Of a DNA stretch of 64,000 nucleotides, positions 29,016 through 40,429 are shown piece by piece. Source of the stretch: Escherichia phage UPWr_E4. A model generated the notes under the pieces. It had not been told where the DNA came from and did no database searches. It worked only from the letters and a program-made list of their open reading frames with translations. The position numbers and the translations under genes are program-made. The DNA is taken from the sequence record PP418987.1; one strand, 5' to 3'. Positions within the stretch are counted from its first letter, which is position 1, and each line of letters opens with the position of its first letter.

Positions 29016-29223
29016 TTCAAAATCCGATTATTTTAATTCTCTCAACGATAAAGATAAAAATCTAATACGGCATTTTATTGTTGAGATGGGATATACTGAC
29101 ACACGCGATTTAAGAGAACATATATTTGAATGTGGTGTAGCTAAAAAGTTTTCATTCACATGCAAGTGTTTGAGAGAGGTAATTCAGCACTATGAACAAT
29201 TTAGTCGCAAAACACAATTTTAA
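28999..29223 (+). CDS. Hypothetical small protein
   Basis: 74-aa ORF overlapping upstream 3' end. Confidence 0.45.
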   Translation: MAREINSKSDYFNSLNDKDKNLIRHFIVEMGYTDTRDLREHIFECGVAKKFSFTCKCLREVIQHYEQFSRKTQF

Positions 29224-29300
29224 TAAAGCTTCTGTCCATAAGGATAAGAAGAAAGCGTTTAAAGAATCTAATCGCAAACAGAAACATAAGGGGAAGGTCT

Positions 29301-29579
29301 ATGATTATTGATTCTCAGTCCGTGGTTCAATACACAATCAAAATTGATATTCTAGAAAAGCTATATAAGTTTCTACCAAATTTATACCACTCAATTGTTA
29401 ATGAATTAGTTGAAGAACTACATCTTGAGAATAATGATTTCTTGATTGGAACTTATAAAGACCTCTCAAAAGCAGGATATTTTTACGTAATTCCAGCTCC
29501 AGGAAAAAGTATTGATGATGTATTAGAAACTATAATGATTTATGTCCATGATTACGAAATTGAAGATTATTTCGAATGA
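29301..29579 (+). CDS. arn: Arn, anti-restriction nuclease (McrBC inhibitor)
   Basis: 92 aa, acidic; size and position immediately upstream of asiA.1/asiA as in T4. Confidence 0.7.
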   Translation: MIIDSQSVVQYTIKIDILEKLYKFLPNLYHSIVNELVEELHLENNDFLIGTYKDLSKAGYFYVIPAPGKSIDDVLETIMIYVHDYEIEDYFE

Positions 29580-29728
29580 GTCATAATCTTGAAATGGTAA
29601 TCGAGCATAATGTAGCTCAGGAACGCGAGTCGTTCAAGGAATTCGTAGAAAAAATTTTTGAAGAAAATAACACAGACCAGTTTACAAATCAAGCGTCTGA
29701 TGATATTATAATAAAGTCAACTAATTGA
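29576..29728 (+). CDS. Hypothetical small protein (T4 asiA.1 position)
   Basis: 50 aa, ATGA-coupled to arn. Confidence 0.4.
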   Translation: MSHNLEMVIEHNVAQERESFKEFVEKIFEENNTDQFTNQASDDIIIKSTN

Positions 29729-29740
29729 GTGGTATAGTTA

Positions 29741-30013
29741 ATGAATAAAAACATTGATACAGTTCGTGAAATTATTACTGTTGCATCTATTTTGATTAAA
29801 TTTTCCAGAGAAGATATTGTTGAGAATCGTGCTAATTTTATTGCATTTCTTAATGAGATTGGAGTAACGCATGAAGGTAGAAAGTTAAATCAGAATTCAT
29901 TTCGTAAAATTGTTTCTGAATTAACTCAAGAAGATAAGAAAACCCTCATCGACGAATTCAACGAGGGTTTTGAGGGTGTATATCGATATCTAGAAATGTA
30001 TACGAACAAATAA
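29741..30013 (+). CDS. asiA: AsiA anti-sigma70 factor
   Basis: 90 aa, MNKNIDTVREIITVASILIKFSREDIVENRANFIAFLNEIG... matches T4 AsiA. Confidence 0.9.
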   Translation: MNKNIDTVREIITVASILIKFSREDIVENRANFIAFLNEIGVTHEGRKLNQNSFRKIVSELTQEDKKTLIDEFNEGFEGVYRYLEMYTNK

Positions 30014-30670
30014 TTATTTAGCCCTTCCTAATATTCTGGCCGCCTGAGCACATATTGATTCAAGGCGGTCATTACTTATATGATCATTTCTATACCAGTA
30101 CATGGTTATCGTTCCAGCATAGATATTATCCAAATTAAAATATGGACAACTGTACATGTAGTTTATTTCGGGAGTAGGCTTTTTAGTTGGTAAAAAAGCA
30201 AATTTTGAGTCGGAATAATAATGACGTCCATTTAAATGAACTGTATATTCATCCATAGTTTTATCAACAGGATATCCTCCAAGTGATTTTTCACTTATTG
30301 TTGAAGGTAATTTTCCTTCATATGCTATAATATCAACAAAATAGTTTAAGTTTTTAGGGCGGAAAGAATACACCGCACTAAAGTCTGCCTCAGATGATAT
30401 GTGAACTATCTGGAGTTGTTCCAGGGCGACAGATTCAAAGCGTGCATTTCTTTCCTTTTCAATAATTTCACTGTATGTTTCATACTTTGATTGCTTATAG
30501 TACTCAAAGAAACTATCTCCCCTATACCAAACAATCGCCATCATAAACAAAAGAATTACGACAGCTACCCGGGAAGCAAGAACTTTCCCGGTAGCGTTAT
30601 CTTTGAACAAGCGATCTAGAACACCAAATAGAATATCAGAGGGCGAAAATGATATTCTAGGTGCTGCCAT
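30014..30670 (-). CDS. t: Holin T
   Basis: 218 aa, one N-terminal TM segment and large periplasmic domain; size as T4 T; SD AAGGAGG; stop abuts asiA stop. Confidence 0.9.
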   Translation of the reverse strand: MAAPRISFSPSDILFGVLDRLFKDNATGKVLASRVAVVILLFMMAIVWYRGDSFFEYYKQSKYETYSEIIEKERNARFESVALEQLQIVHISSEADFSAVYSFRPKNLNYFVDIIAYEGKLPSTISEKSLGGYPVDKTMDEYTVHLNGRHYYSDSKFAFLPTKKPTPEINYMYSCPYFNLDNIYAGTITMYWYRNDHISNDRLESICAQAARILGRAK

Positions 30671-30701
30671 AGACCCTCCTTTTAGGGGTATTTATTCAAA
30701 A

Positions 30702-31499
30702 TTATACTCTTGGACCATATATTACTCCAACATTTTGCCAAGTTGGAGCAGATCCTATGACAGCATAACCTGCTGCTCCTCCTGCACCAACCTTTAGAAC
30801 TTTACCACCATCAGACCAGGCATTTTGTCCATTTCCTCCGGCATCGCCGCCCTGGCCAGAGTGAGCATTTCTGTATTGGTAACCACCTCCTGGGGCGACG
30901 TATGAAGCTGCGCCACCTGAGTAACCACCGCCACCACCTGGGCCAAATGGTCTTCCGCCGCCACCACCAATATCTTGCCAGTTTGCCCCTGAGCGAACAC
31001 GGTAAGCAATGCCGCCACCACCGCCTCCGCCACCACAGATTACTCCACCATTGTTAATTCTTAATCGTCCACCAATGTCGTTTTGAATACAATGCCCGCC
31101 TTGTTGTCCATTACCATCTCCACCGGAATGAGTCCATCCACCTTGTCCACCTCTACCCCACATATGAGCGCCAATAATATTTAACTGAACATATTCATTT
31201 GGTGTATCTCCGTACATGAAGAATAAAGGAACATCTTTAGAATATGATACTAAATCACCTGTAATATTAAACACTATAGGTGCATTACCTGCCTCAAAAC
31301 ATCTATCTCGGAACCATTGACCATTGAAGTTATGGTCTGCTCCAAGCGTGTGAATAATTTCTCGTGAGCGACCTGCAAATTGACTCATCCAGCAAGGAAC
31401 ACCCAATCTTAATTGACCAGCCGCTTGACTCATCCAGCGCTGACCCGTTTCATTTACGGATGAACTTCCAATCCAACCGGGAACACCAACTACTGCCAT
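30702..31499 (-). CDS. 38: gp38 tail-fibre adhesin, T2-type with glycine-rich motifs
   Basis: 265 aa from ATG 31499 ([13 protein letters not shown]..., GGAG upstream; track start 31511); poly-Gly islands GGGGGGG / GGGGGY typical of T2-like receptor-recognising gp38. Confidence 0.8.
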   Translation of the reverse strand: MAVVGVPGWIGSSSVNETGQRWMSQAAGQLRLGVPCWMSQFAGRSREIIHTLGADHNFNGQWFRDRCFEAGNAPIVFNITGDLVSYSKDVPLFFMYGDTPNEYVQLNIIGAHMWGRGGQGGWTHSGGDGNGQQGGHCIQNDIGGRLRINNGGVICGGGGGGGGIAYRVRSGANWQDIGGGGGRPFGPGGGGGYSGGAASYVAPGGGYQYRNAHSGQGGDAGGNGQNAWSDGGKVLKVGAGGAAGYAVIGSAPTWQNVGVIYGPRV

Positions 31500-31512
31500 A
31501 ATTATCTCCAAA

Positions 31513-31525
31513 GGGGCAAAGCCCC
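31513..31525 (-). other. Stem-loop GGGGC-UUU-GCCCC between genes 37 and 38 (minus-strand RNA)
   Basis: GC hairpin in the 32-nt gap, followed by SD GGAG of gene 38. Confidence 0.5.
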
Positions 31526-31531
31526 TTGTTG

Positions 31532-34500
31532 TTAGAATTTAAAATAATTACTAATTTTGCGAGCAATTTTAGTGAAGAAAGGCGTTTTTAATTCTTTAAT
31601 TTCTTCGCTCATTTCTTGGATAGCCTTAATTAAAAGAGCATTTACAGCGGAGTTAGAAATTGTCAGAACATCAGAACCATCAACTTCAACTTTAGACACA
31701 GCTTCCGGTAATTCCTTTTCAAGGTCCTGAGCAATAATACCAACTTCGCGTTTAATAACACTACGGTCTTTAATAGACTTAACCTTATCGTAAATATAAA
31801 CTTTCAGTCGGCATACTTTTTCAAGTGCTCCGTTTTCTAGCTCTTTTTTATTAATCTTAAGACGACCATCGGAACGAATATACACATCGTTAAAGTTACC
31901 ATTACCAGGAGAATAGAAAGTACCGTCGTAATGAAATTCAAATACCGCGTTAGGGTGTCCAGTCGCTGGCGATGCCTGTGCAGATCCAACACGAATAATT
32001 GCTTGCCCCCAATTATTAGGGACACGACGAATACCAAGATCGACGGCAGTTACAAACCCTTGATTGGTGATTACACTTTTTCCTTTAATAATTGGATAAT
32101 AACAATCCTGTGAAACATAACCATGATCGACGAATAATGGAGCTTCTACTCGCCATTGGTTGCCCCAATCACCCGGTTGTCTAGCAATCCATCCAGAACC
32201 GTTAATGTGTACACGATCGCGGTTAACGTTAACCATTGCGATATTTTGTGGATTTAGCGAAATCTCACCATTGTTTGTGATATGTACTGCCGCCTGAGTA
32301 GCATAGCTATAAAATGCTAGCGAATTATCAGCACCACCCTTACCAATATACCAGTTACCACTCCCGTCTACGTCACCACGAATATGCAAAGCATTACCAG
32401 CAGTTGTTGATAATACAATAGAATCACCCGGACGTTTAATAATCAATCTACCTTCGGATTCAACTTCACCAAAGAATTTAGTTTTAATTGCACCAGTCGC
32501 TAAAGTACGTTCAGTGGAAAAATGAACGCCTTTGCTGTCTTCTAACTGAATAATGTTATCGCGCGCATTATTACTATCACCCCAATGGTTAAATTTAAAA
32601 TAATCTCGTGATCCTAAACGTCCGGCATCAAAAGTCATCAAGCCTTTTATATTAATATCACCACCAAAAAATGCGGTGAGAGAATCGCGTTTTAATTTTA
32701 AAACGTTAGCACCACTAGTACCACCCAAAGTAACATCACCAGTTCTTAATTCATAACGGAAAGGTCTATTTGTATTAAAGTTTCCATCTTGATCATTTTC
32801 GTCGGTGGAAAGAATATAAAGACTCTCTCCATCATTACGGAAAATTGTACCAAATTTTCCGCCATACATACGGAATGCATTAGATGAGCGGAATTTAACT
32901 TCTGTTTTAAATGTGGTAGTGTTATTAAGGTTAACAGTAGAGTTAAAATTGGTAGGAGCACCGAAGTTAACTGCGCCATTAAAATCTTGTTGAGCTGTCC
33001 ATGTGTGGCGACCATCTTCAAGAACAACACGGCGGACTGTGCAAGTTCTATTTCCAGAATTACCGAACACACGAACGACAAAATAACGGTAGTTTGTCTG
33101 GGATACAGTACCGCGCCAAACCTGAACAGTACGCCCTGTGCTAGTGTGTTCACTAGGACCAACGGAAAACATAACCAGGTTTCCGTCAATCGTCCCCCAA
33201 TCCATATTTGCTGGCATGTTCTTTATTTTGTTCAAAGGAACGCTAAACATACTACCAGGAACAAAATCAAAGGTTTGCCAATCTAACTCCGCTAATTGAG
33301 CTTTAATACCACCCATACCCAAAGTAATTGGAAGAGAATAAATCGTCCCCCAATCCATATTTGCTGGCATGTTCTTTATTTTGTTCAAAGGAACGCTAAA
33401 CATACTACCAGGAACAAAATCAAAGGTTTGCCAATCTAACTCCGCTAATTGAGCTTTAATACCACCCATACCCAAAGTAATTGGAAGAGAATAAGATGTA
33501 TATACTTCGTTCCATGCACCCCACGCACCACCAGTATATGCACGCTCAAAAATACGATCGCGAGTAGTTGCACCCGTTCCGGCAGTAGTAAATTTTTGGA
33601 AAATAGCACCACCAGAAGCACGCTGTTTAACTTCCAGCAAACCAACAATAACAGTCGGCAAACCTTCACCGGTAGGACAGTTAATAACGGCATCAGTGCC
33701 TAAAATATTATATAACCCAGGAGTTTTAAAATCATTCAGATCTCCGTCATAGAAAGTCGCCGGTGTGACATTACCGACTTGTTGCCAAGGTCCCCATTTA
33801 GGCGCAGAAGCATCCCACGCAGCAGTAAGACAACGAGTATAAACAACACCAAATCTGGTCGTATATCTCTGTGTGCGAGAATAGTTTCCACCTTCATATA
33901 CTTCTAAAAGTCCTTGAGCGGACGATCCTTCTTCTGGGAAATTTCTGTCAAAGGTAGCAATGGAACTTGAACTATTTCGCCACAAACCAAAGTGTTCAGC
34001 GCCTCCTAGATCATTAAGATCAATTGTTGTTGACAGTGGACGAGTACCAGATTGAATATTTCGCCACACACTCCACGGACCATTTACTCCGTTCCATGTA
34101 GCAGTCAAGGAACGAATATAAACATTTCCGTATCTAGTTGTATATCTCTGAGTACCAGCAAATTGACCGGCCACAAATACTTCTAGCACACCTACAGCAT
34201 TTTCTTCTGGAAATTTATTTGCTGGTTGAGCGTTGGTTGAAGTTGCTTTCGACCAAACTCCAAGACATTCTTCAACAGGCCCATACGTATCTAAATTAGC
34301 ATCAACAGGTAATTCGCCATTATTTTTTATAAACGTTGTGCTATTGACATTTATGTCAGATGGAGTTAGCGTGATATCTTTTGACCCATCAAAGGATATA
34401 CCATTAATTTTTCGTGCTGTTTTTAATTTCGTTGCAGTTGCAGCGTTACCTGTTAAATTTCCAATTATATTTCCATTAACAGTTAAAGAACCATCAATTG

Positions 34501-34669
34501 TTCCTCCATATTTTAAACCTAATTCTATAACACTACCTGAGTCATCTTTTGTGAAAATTGTTTTATCTTTTAAGTTTATAGCCAATTCACCTTCGGCTAA
34601 TACTGAAGCAGCAGGACGTTGACCTGCAGTTTTGCTTCTTTTAAATTGTATTTGTTTTAAAGTAGCCAT
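31532..34669 (-). CDS. 37: Long tail fibre distal subunit gp37
   Basis: 1045 aa (T4 gp37 1026 aa); N-terminus [33 protein letters not shown]; contains a tandem 51-aa duplication. Confidence 0.9.
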   Translation of the reverse strand: MATLKQIQFKRSKTAGQRPAASVLAEGELAINLKDKTIFTKDDSGSVIELGLKYGGTIDGSLTVNGNIIGNLTGNAATATKLKTARKINGISFDGSKDITLTPSDINVNSTTFIKNNGELPVDANLDTYGPVEECLGVWSKATSTNAQPANKFPEENAVGVLEVFVAGQFAGTQRYTTRYGNVYIRSLTATWNGVNGPWSVWRNIQSGTRPLSTTIDLNDLGGAEHFGLWRNSSSSIATFDRNFPEEGSSAQGLLEVYEGGNYSRTQRYTTRFGVVYTRCLTAAWDASAPKWGPWQQVGNVTPATFYDGDLNDFKTPGLYNILGTDAVINCPTGEGLPTVIVGLLEVKQRASGGAIFQKFTTAGTGATTRDRIFERAYTGGAWGAWNEVYTSYSLPITLGMGGIKAQLAELDWQTFDFVPGSMFSVPLNKIKNMPANMDWGTIYSLPITLGMGGIKAQLAELDWQTFDFVPGSMFSVPLNKIKNMPANMDWGTIDGNLVMFSVGPSEHTSTGRTVQVWRGTVSQTNYRYFVVRVFGNSGNRTCTVRRVVLEDGRHTWTAQQDFNGAVNFGAPTNFNSTVNLNNTTTFKTEVKFRSSNAFRMYGGKFGTIFRNDGESLYILSTDENDQDGNFNTNRPFRYELRTGDVTLGGTSGANVLKLKRDSLTAFFGGDINIKGLMTFDAGRLGSRDYFKFNHWGDSNNARDNIIQLEDSKGVHFSTERTLATGAIKTKFFGEVESEGRLIIKRPGDSIVLSTTAGNALHIRGDVDGSGNWYIGKGGADNSLAFYSYATQAAVHITNNGEISLNPQNIAMVNVNRDRVHINGSGWIARQPGDWGNQWRVEAPLFVDHGYVSQDCYYPIIKGKSVITNQGFVTAVDLGIRRVPNNWGQAIIRVGSAQASPATGHPNAVFEFHYDGTFYSPGNGNFNDVYIRSDGRLKINKKELENGALEKVCRLKVYIYDKVKSIKDRSVIKREVGIIAQDLEKELPEAVSKVEVDGSDVLTISNSAVNALLIKAIQEMSEEIKELKTPFFTKIARKISNYFKF
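33188..33493 (-). repeat. Perfect tandem duplication, 2 x 153 bp, inside gene 37 (residues 393-443 and 444-494)
   Basis: Identical DNA at 33188-33340 and 33341-33493; protein [51 protein letters not shown] repeated twice. Confidence 0.85.
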
Positions 34670-34677
34670 AAGTCCTC

Positions 34678-35328
34678 TTAATAATAGCCGAAATCTTGAA
34701 CAGAATCCTTAATTACGATTTGGTCAAATCGTGGAACGTGTGAAGGTTGAGATGCAGGATTCTGTGAAAAAAGGTTTGGCGCAGTTAAATTTCCTGTCAT
34801 AGTGTCTCCAGAGCGTAATACCCTAGAGTTTGCATTTGCTGTAACAGTATTTATTGCTCCATCAACATAATCTTTACGAGTAACATCAGATGCTGCGGAA
34901 GGAGTAGATGTAACAGTTACAGATGGAGCCGTTACAGCTTTGGTAAATGTTGTCAAACCTTCTGGCGTAATCGTAATTTGTCCAGTAGTGATTTCACTAC
35001 CTGCTGGTCTAAAACTAATACCGCCAGAAGAGCCACCAACTACAAGAGTATTACCAGTGCCGCCACCAGAACGAATTCGGATAGGGGTTTCATTATTACT
35101 TAATTGAAGATAACTATTTACCCCGTAATTAATAGTAATTGGACCGGCGTAAGTACCACCATTAGCTTTAGAAACGAAATCGTTATCAGCTGCCTGCGGT
35201 TTATTATATTCTGAATATATTTTAAATGATTTGTAGAGTACATCGTCACCGGCTGAATTCAATGGAAAATTTCCTTGATGCCAAATGACAGATCCACCCA
35301 CAGTTGAACCTACTTTTAAATCAGCCAT
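34678..35328 (-). CDS. 36: Long tail fibre hinge/distal connector gp36
   Basis: 216 aa (T4 gp36 221 aa), between 35 and 37. Confidence 0.85.
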   Translation of the reverse strand: MADLKVGSTVGGSVIWHQGNFPLNSAGDDVLYKSFKIYSEYNKPQAADNDFVSKANGGTYAGPITINYGVNSYLQLSNNETPIRIRSGGGTGNTLVVGGSSGGISFRPAGSEITTGQITITPEGLTTFTKAVTAPSVTVTSTPSAASDVTRKDYVDGAINTVTANANSRVLRSGDTMTGNLTAPNLFSQNPASQPSHVPRFDQIVIKDSVQDFGYY

Positions 35329-35351
35329 TATATGCCCCTTTATTTTAATAT

Positions 35352-35359
35352 TATTTATA
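35352..35359 (-). promoter_or_regulatory. T4 late promoter TATAAATA (minus strand) upstream of gene 36
   Basis: Plus strand TATTTATA = TATAAATA on minus. Confidence 0.65.
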
Positions 35360-35385
35360 AAGAAAAAGGGAACCCGAAGGCTCCC
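35360..35385 (-). terminator. Intrinsic terminator after gene 35 (GGGAGCC-UUCG-GGUUCCC plus U-run on minus-strand RNA)
   Basis: Hairpin has a G.U pair on the minus RNA but an A-C mismatch on the plus RNA, so it is minus-strand specific. Confidence 0.7.
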
Positions 35386-35390
35386 TCAGT

Positions 35391-36506
35391 TTAAAATTCT
35401 CTAAATTCCTGTCCAAACACTTTGCCAGTTTTAGAAGAGGCTTGTGTAGGAAGTACCATTATATCTGGAGGTGAAGCCGATTCACAGACATAATTAACGC
35501 GAATACCGTTGACGCCAAATTCGGCAGGTTTTGAAATGCCGCCATTTCTTGATACTTCAGAAAAACTTAAATTTCTCATGCCGCCTTGACCTGCTTGAGC
35601 AGTTCTTTGTGCATATATCGTAAATCCTACGGCGTTTTCTGGAACAACTACATAGTCTTCTTTTAATTCCCAAGACCCAGCTTGCCCAGTAAACTCAGCT
35701 TGGGTCGAGGAAATATATCCATTTGATGCATCATAAAAACGAATGGATATGTTTGTAGTTCCAAGATCAAGTAAATCAGCATCAGCATATAACTGTGCTT
35801 TAAGATAAAGAACATCACCAGGAATTAAATTATAGTCAGAAAGTTTACTTATAGCAGCTGAAGTTGGCAATCGCGCAATTTCGTTATTAGTTCCACCAAC
35901 TGCTGACATGAATTGCTCGACACTTTCATAAGTTCTTTTTGGAAATCCTGTCGCTCCGACGTCTTCTAAACTATCAAATACAACATCTAAAATAGTTTGA
36001 TAATCATCTGTGCTTTTTCTATTACTTAGTTTAACATGCTCTAATGCAATAGCTCTTTTAGAAGAAGTATAAAAAGCAGCATATGATACGTCAAATCTTG
36101 ACAATACTGAATCTGATGGAAAAACTGAAGTTCCTGCTCCCCTTAACCAAGATACCACTTCAGGAGGAAAATTAACCTTTCCGCTAGTTAATATAGCAAC
36201 AAGTCTATTGTTTGACAAAGAATTCATGAAACTAACAAAAGCGGCAGATGTTGTATTGTTTGAAGCAGAAAAAGCATATGACTTACTATCAACTAATGCT
36301 CCCGTAGAAGGGTCAAAAACTCTTAAATGAAGACCTGCACTAAATGTTTGATTTCCAACGGGATTATCCTGAAATTTAACATATGGCCCCGCAGTAGAAA
36401 GCGGGCAAGAACCCGCTATGCTTATTTTATATCTTACTGAATTGCTTTCCGATAAAAATGGCGTTTGGACATATCCTTGTCCAAACTCTGCCATAAATTT
36501 TTCCAT
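35391..36506 (-). CDS. 35: Long tail fibre hinge protein gp35
   Basis: 371 aa (T4 gp35 372 aa). Confidence 0.85.
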   Translation of the reverse strand: MEKFMAEFGQGYVQTPFLSESNSVRYKISIAGSCPLSTAGPYVKFQDNPVGNQTFSAGLHLRVFDPSTGALVDSKSYAFSASNNTTSAAFVSFMNSLSNNRLVAILTSGKVNFPPEVVSWLRGAGTSVFPSDSVLSRFDVSYAAFYTSSKRAIALEHVKLSNRKSTDDYQTILDVVFDSLEDVGATGFPKRTYESVEQFMSAVGGTNNEIARLPTSAAISKLSDYNLIPGDVLYLKAQLYADADLLDLGTTNISIRFYDASNGYISSTQAEFTGQAGSWELKEDYVVVPENAVGFTIYAQRTAQAGQGGMRNLSFSEVSRNGGISKPAEFGVNGIRVNYVCESASPPDIMVLPTQASSKTGKVFGQEFREF

Positions 36507-36514
36507 AATACCTC

Positions 36515-39500
36515 TTATTCAATCCACTCAAATTTAACAGTTTTATTCACTGGGTCAGGAATAATGCGAACATTACCAATTCGCAAGAAATCGCGAATAG
36601 TAAGATTACCTATTATTCCATTATCAGATGGGATCGCTCCTATATCTGAAGGTTGAGGAGGGTTACCTCCGTCAAATACCTGAACAAAACTTGACCAAGA
36701 GTTTTTGGTTTTCTGCCATGTACGTGTCCAGCGAGTGGTACGTGCTTCTGGGGTCGTTGGATAAGTAATCCAATCTTGGTAAAGTGAATCAAGTGTGTTA
36801 CCAAACTGAGTCAATGTACCAGGAGATTTAACTTCTTCACCACGTTCTAAGTATGGAAGTCCAGTCACTTCATTAGTTTTTTCAACCATTTTAAAATAAC
36901 CCGGGAACTGGTTATAAGTGGCTGAATCATTAATATCGATTGACCAGAATCCTACTGTATCAGATGTTGGCGCACGGGTATATAAATCAGAGGTTTTAGT
37001 ACCCTGAGAACGAATTCTCGAGTTAACAGTCAAACCACCCGAACTTATAGTAGCACCTTTTGCAATGATTAAGCTTTCACCAATCGTTACTTGGCCAGAT
37101 GCATTATTAATAGCTAAAGGACGCAATCCATTAAATCCGCCAGTTTGATCACCCGATGCAGTAAGCATAAAATTCGTTACTGACCCGTCATTGCGAACAA
37201 TGAAACCATAATTTCCGCTAATAGCACGGAAAGCATTTGCGCTTCGAGAAATAATTTCACCAGTTGCAGTGACTGAATTACCAAATGTTGCTACACCATT
37301 TGCATTCAATGTTCCTGAAGCATTAACATTTATCGGTGTTACTGTACCGTTGATATTAAATGTTATATTTCCAGCTTTATTACGCTGAGAATAAAAATGA
37401 CTAGACGTTTCATCACTAACTTCAAATACGGTAGAACGTGTTGTGTCTGATTCCCCACTAAACTGATTTCCCCACACTCTGACTGTCATCGTTTGAGCTG
37501 GGTTTGTTCCAGTTTGAGGTCCTTTCTCAAAAATCAGACGAGTTGCCGTTCCAGTATTAGAAATAGTTAATGTACTATTTGCTGAAACTGATCCACCGAA
37601 TGTAGCAGTACTAGATGATACAAGAGGGGCACTCAGATTCGTTTGTTGGGTTAAGGTTAGTGAACCATTAACTGTTTGTGCAATGTCCCTACGAATGAAC
37701 TGGAGCGAATCTAGACCATCTAATAAATTACTATCTACAGCTTTTGCTTTTAATGGCAAATAATTTGCTAATACGCGATTTAATTCATATGGTGATACTG
37801 CATAACCATTTTTCTCATATGATTCTAATGGCTGTGTTGAACCTACCGTATCATTACCAACAAACGTTAATGAACCAGAAGAAGTTTTAACAAACCCTCT
37901 TATCAGAGTAGTTGCTGCCCAAGTTGGTTCACTCTGCACAATCCATTTTAAATTTTTTGGAGATACAGCAGTATTTGCTGACGTTCCAGTCACAGTTTCA
38001 GACTGAGTTGCAACTTTAATAACACCTTCTTGCGATTCGGTAGATTTAGTACCTAAAAGCTTTTTAGGAGTTATTAAAACATTATCTAATGTTCCTGCAG
38101 CAGCTTCAACTTGTGTAGCTACACGAAGTGTACCACGCTGTGTCTCATTTGCTTCAAGAATATTAAGGGTATAATGGTCCCAGAGAGTTCCTGATTCAAC
38201 TAATCCAGATAGAGCAACAACAGAAGTACGATCAGTACTATTAAATCTGGTTTTAATTTTTAATGGTGTAGAGATACGAGTATCGTCGACGCCTGCGTCG
38301 AATTCAACCTGTGTAGCAATTTCAGCTATACCACTTAAACTTTCAGTTGCTCTACGGTCATTTAAAGTTTTAGGAGTGACTGCACGAGTATAGTCAGTTC
38401 CTGTATTAACTTCACTTTGCGTAGCAATTTCAATTAAACCAATTCTTCCATCAGTTGATGTCTTTTTATGTAACGTTTCTGGCGTTACAACCGCATTTGC
38501 CCATCCTTCTTGGCTTTGTCCAGCAATTACTTCACTTTCAACTGCTAAAATTACTGCGCCTTGTTGCGTTGGAGTAGCTTTATACTGATCCAAAGCTTTA
38601 GGTGAAACAACTAAATTATTAGTGTTTTTATTATAAACATTCGTACCATTTAATTCACGACTAGAAGCTGGAGTAGCTCCTGCGGTAGATACAAAAGTTA
38701 CAATACCCGATAATGTTTCAGAACCTTGACGAGCTTGAAGCTTTTTAGGAGTGATGATTGTAGTATCATCAGTACCTGTATTAGTTTCCTGCTGCGTAGC
38801 AATTTCAGCGACACCTCTGCGAGTTTCTGTAGCAGTTCTTTCATTCAGCTTTTTAGGAGTGATGATAAGGTCATCTGCAAAAGAGAATGTGGTGTTCTGA
38901 TTCACTTGAGCAGTAGTTGCTATTCTTGCAATACCTCTGCGAGTTTCTGTAGCAGTACGATTAGCTAACGTTTCTGGAGTAATTGCCAATTCTTTTTGCG
39001 GAGAATTTTCTAAATCAGCATTTGCTTGAGCTTGTGTAGCTAAAGCAATTACGCCTAATCTTGCTCTAGTAGAATTATTTAAAGAATCGACTCTTTCAAC
39101 TGTTGGAACGTTTTGCTGTACAACCCAGTATTTTCCATCAGAATCTTCTATATAAGCAAGTTGCAAAACTGGTACATAATTAGTTTCACCGTTAAAAACT
39201 AATTCTTGAACTGTTACCCATTCAGCTTCAGGCGGATATTCTGAACGTTTTGGGAATTGCAGCAATTGAACTGAAGAAGCAATTTTATCTTCACCAGCAG
39301 CTTTGATTTTAACTGTTTGTCCTTTTCTCATGTAATTCATGGAAATTTTAACAGTATCACCAACAGAAATATCAGTCGGAAGCTGAAGTTCAATTGTTTG
39401 GGTTGTTCCATTATTCGCGCCAAATACCATGACTTCTTCATTTGGACGAATATTTGAATTAGTTGTTATAATGCGTAAACGTGCTTTACTATCCCCGTCA

Positions 39501-40384
39501 AACAATCTCCACAATTTCTCATTATCGTCAAACATCAAGAAACCGTCAATCGATGTACGGCCTTCAATGGAATGAGTTCCAACTTCTTGTACTGAAGTCG
39601 TTTCATCGTATGTAGTAACAATTGTATGATAAAGTGGATTCAGTTTATCTAAATCAACGAAATTAATAATATCGCCATGATTAGCAAATCTCGGAAGTTT
39701 AACATTAATTGGTGCAGCAGAAGTAAATCTACGTACGATAAAATCATTAGATTGTGCTTGATATGCAGTCGATGGAGTAACAATCGCAGCTTCTCTGCTA
39801 TAATCAGCAATATACATTTGCCACAAACGATTATTAAAAATGAATACCATCTGTGACTTTGGATGAGTCATTAAAACTGAACGTACCTGTTCACCTCTAA
39901 AATTGACAATACTCTGATTTGAAGAATTTATTTTAACCTGATTTATGCCAGGTTTTCCACCGATATCTTGAATTATTACGGTTTCTCCATCAAGCGGAGA
40001 AGGTGGTAAAGTAAACTCAATGTCATTGCCAACTGATGTATCTACTGAAATTGCTTCTCCGGATTTTAATTGATATGGTCCAGATGATACAGTTGTATAT
40101 ACGGCATCAGTACGTAATGCTTTCCAACGAATTCTATTAAAATTTCCAGCAGGTTTTGGAATATTATCCGTTGCTGCCCAAAAACGATTATTATAAATGA
40201 TTACAAAATCTTTTAAATATCCACGAGTTGGATCATATTGCTGAACTGTGTTTTCTTGAATTAAGTAATCAACGTTAACACCGTCAGTTCCTACGGTACG
40301 ATCAGCTAAAGCTACGTTGATTATTTTATCGCCACCTGCGTCCAGACCATCTTCTGCTCTGAACTTTCTTTTAATCTCGGCCAT
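36515..40384 (-). CDS. 34: Long tail fibre proximal subunit gp34
   Basis: 1289 aa, exact size of T4 gp34; repeated TETRRG(I/V)A-IAT-type motifs. Confidence 0.9.
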   Translation of the reverse strand: MAEIKRKFRAEDGLDAGGDKIINVALADRTVGTDGVNVDYLIQENTVQQYDPTRGYLKDFVIIYNNRFWAATDNIPKPAGNFNRIRWKALRTDAVYTTVSSGPYQLKSGEAISVDTSVGNDIEFTLPPSPLDGETVIIQDIGGKPGINQVKINSSNQSIVNFRGEQVRSVLMTHPKSQMVFIFNNRLWQMYIADYSREAAIVTPSTAYQAQSNDFIVRRFTSAAPINVKLPRFANHGDIINFVDLDKLNPLYHTIVTTYDETTSVQEVGTHSIEGRTSIDGFLMFDDNEKLWRLFDGDSKARLRIITTNSNIRPNEEVMVFGANNGTTQTIELQLPTDISVGDTVKISMNYMRKGQTVKIKAAGEDKIASSVQLLQFPKRSEYPPEAEWVTVQELVFNGETNYVPVLQLAYIEDSDGKYWVVQQNVPTVERVDSLNNSTRARLGVIALATQAQANADLENSPQKELAITPETLANRTATETRRGIARIATTAQVNQNTTFSFADDLIITPKKLNERTATETRRGVAEIATQQETNTGTDDTTIITPKKLQARQGSETLSGIVTFVSTAGATPASSRELNGTNVYNKNTNNLVVSPKALDQYKATPTQQGAVILAVESEVIAGQSQEGWANAVVTPETLHKKTSTDGRIGLIEIATQSEVNTGTDYTRAVTPKTLNDRRATESLSGIAEIATQVEFDAGVDDTRISTPLKIKTRFNSTDRTSVVALSGLVESGTLWDHYTLNILEANETQRGTLRVATQVEAAAGTLDNVLITPKKLLGTKSTESQEGVIKVATQSETVTGTSANTAVSPKNLKWIVQSEPTWAATTLIRGFVKTSSGSLTFVGNDTVGSTQPLESYEKNGYAVSPYELNRVLANYLPLKAKAVDSNLLDGLDSLQFIRRDIAQTVNGSLTLTQQTNLSAPLVSSSTATFGGSVSANSTLTISNTGTATRLIFEKGPQTGTNPAQTMTVRVWGNQFSGESDTTRSTVFEVSDETSSHFYSQRNKAGNITFNINGTVTPINVNASGTLNANGVATFGNSVTATGEIISRSANAFRAISGNYGFIVRNDGSVTNFMLTASGDQTGGFNGLRPLAINNASGQVTIGESLIIAKGATISSGGLTVNSRIRSQGTKTSDLYTRAPTSDTVGFWSIDINDSATYNQFPGYFKMVEKTNEVTGLPYLERGEEVKSPGTLTQFGNTLDSLYQDWITYPTTPEARTTRWTRTWQKTKNSWSSFVQVFDGGNPPQPSDIGAIPSDNGIIGNLTIRDFLRIGNVRIIPDPVNKTVKFEWIE

Positions 40385-40418
40385 TCTCCCGGGCTCCTAT
40401 TGTGTTTTCAATAATAAG

Positions 40419-40426
40419 TATTTATA
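40419..40426 (-). promoter_or_regulatory. T4 late promoter TATAAATA (minus strand) for gene 34
   Basis: TATAAATA about 35 nt upstream of the gene 34 ATG; divergent from the rnh early promoter. Confidence 0.65.
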
Positions 40427-40429
40427 CCT

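Noticed and set aside
30794-31036. 80-aa ORF within gp38 region
   Set aside because: Alternative frame across the glycine-codon-rich (GC-rich) part of gene 38; artefact of low-complexity sequence.
31837-34622. Short ORFs on both strands inside gene 37 (31837-32037, 31931-32113, 32746-33189, 32987-33286, 33445-33693, 33449-33703, 34233-34622)
   Set aside because: All nested within or antisense to the 1045-aa gp37 frame.
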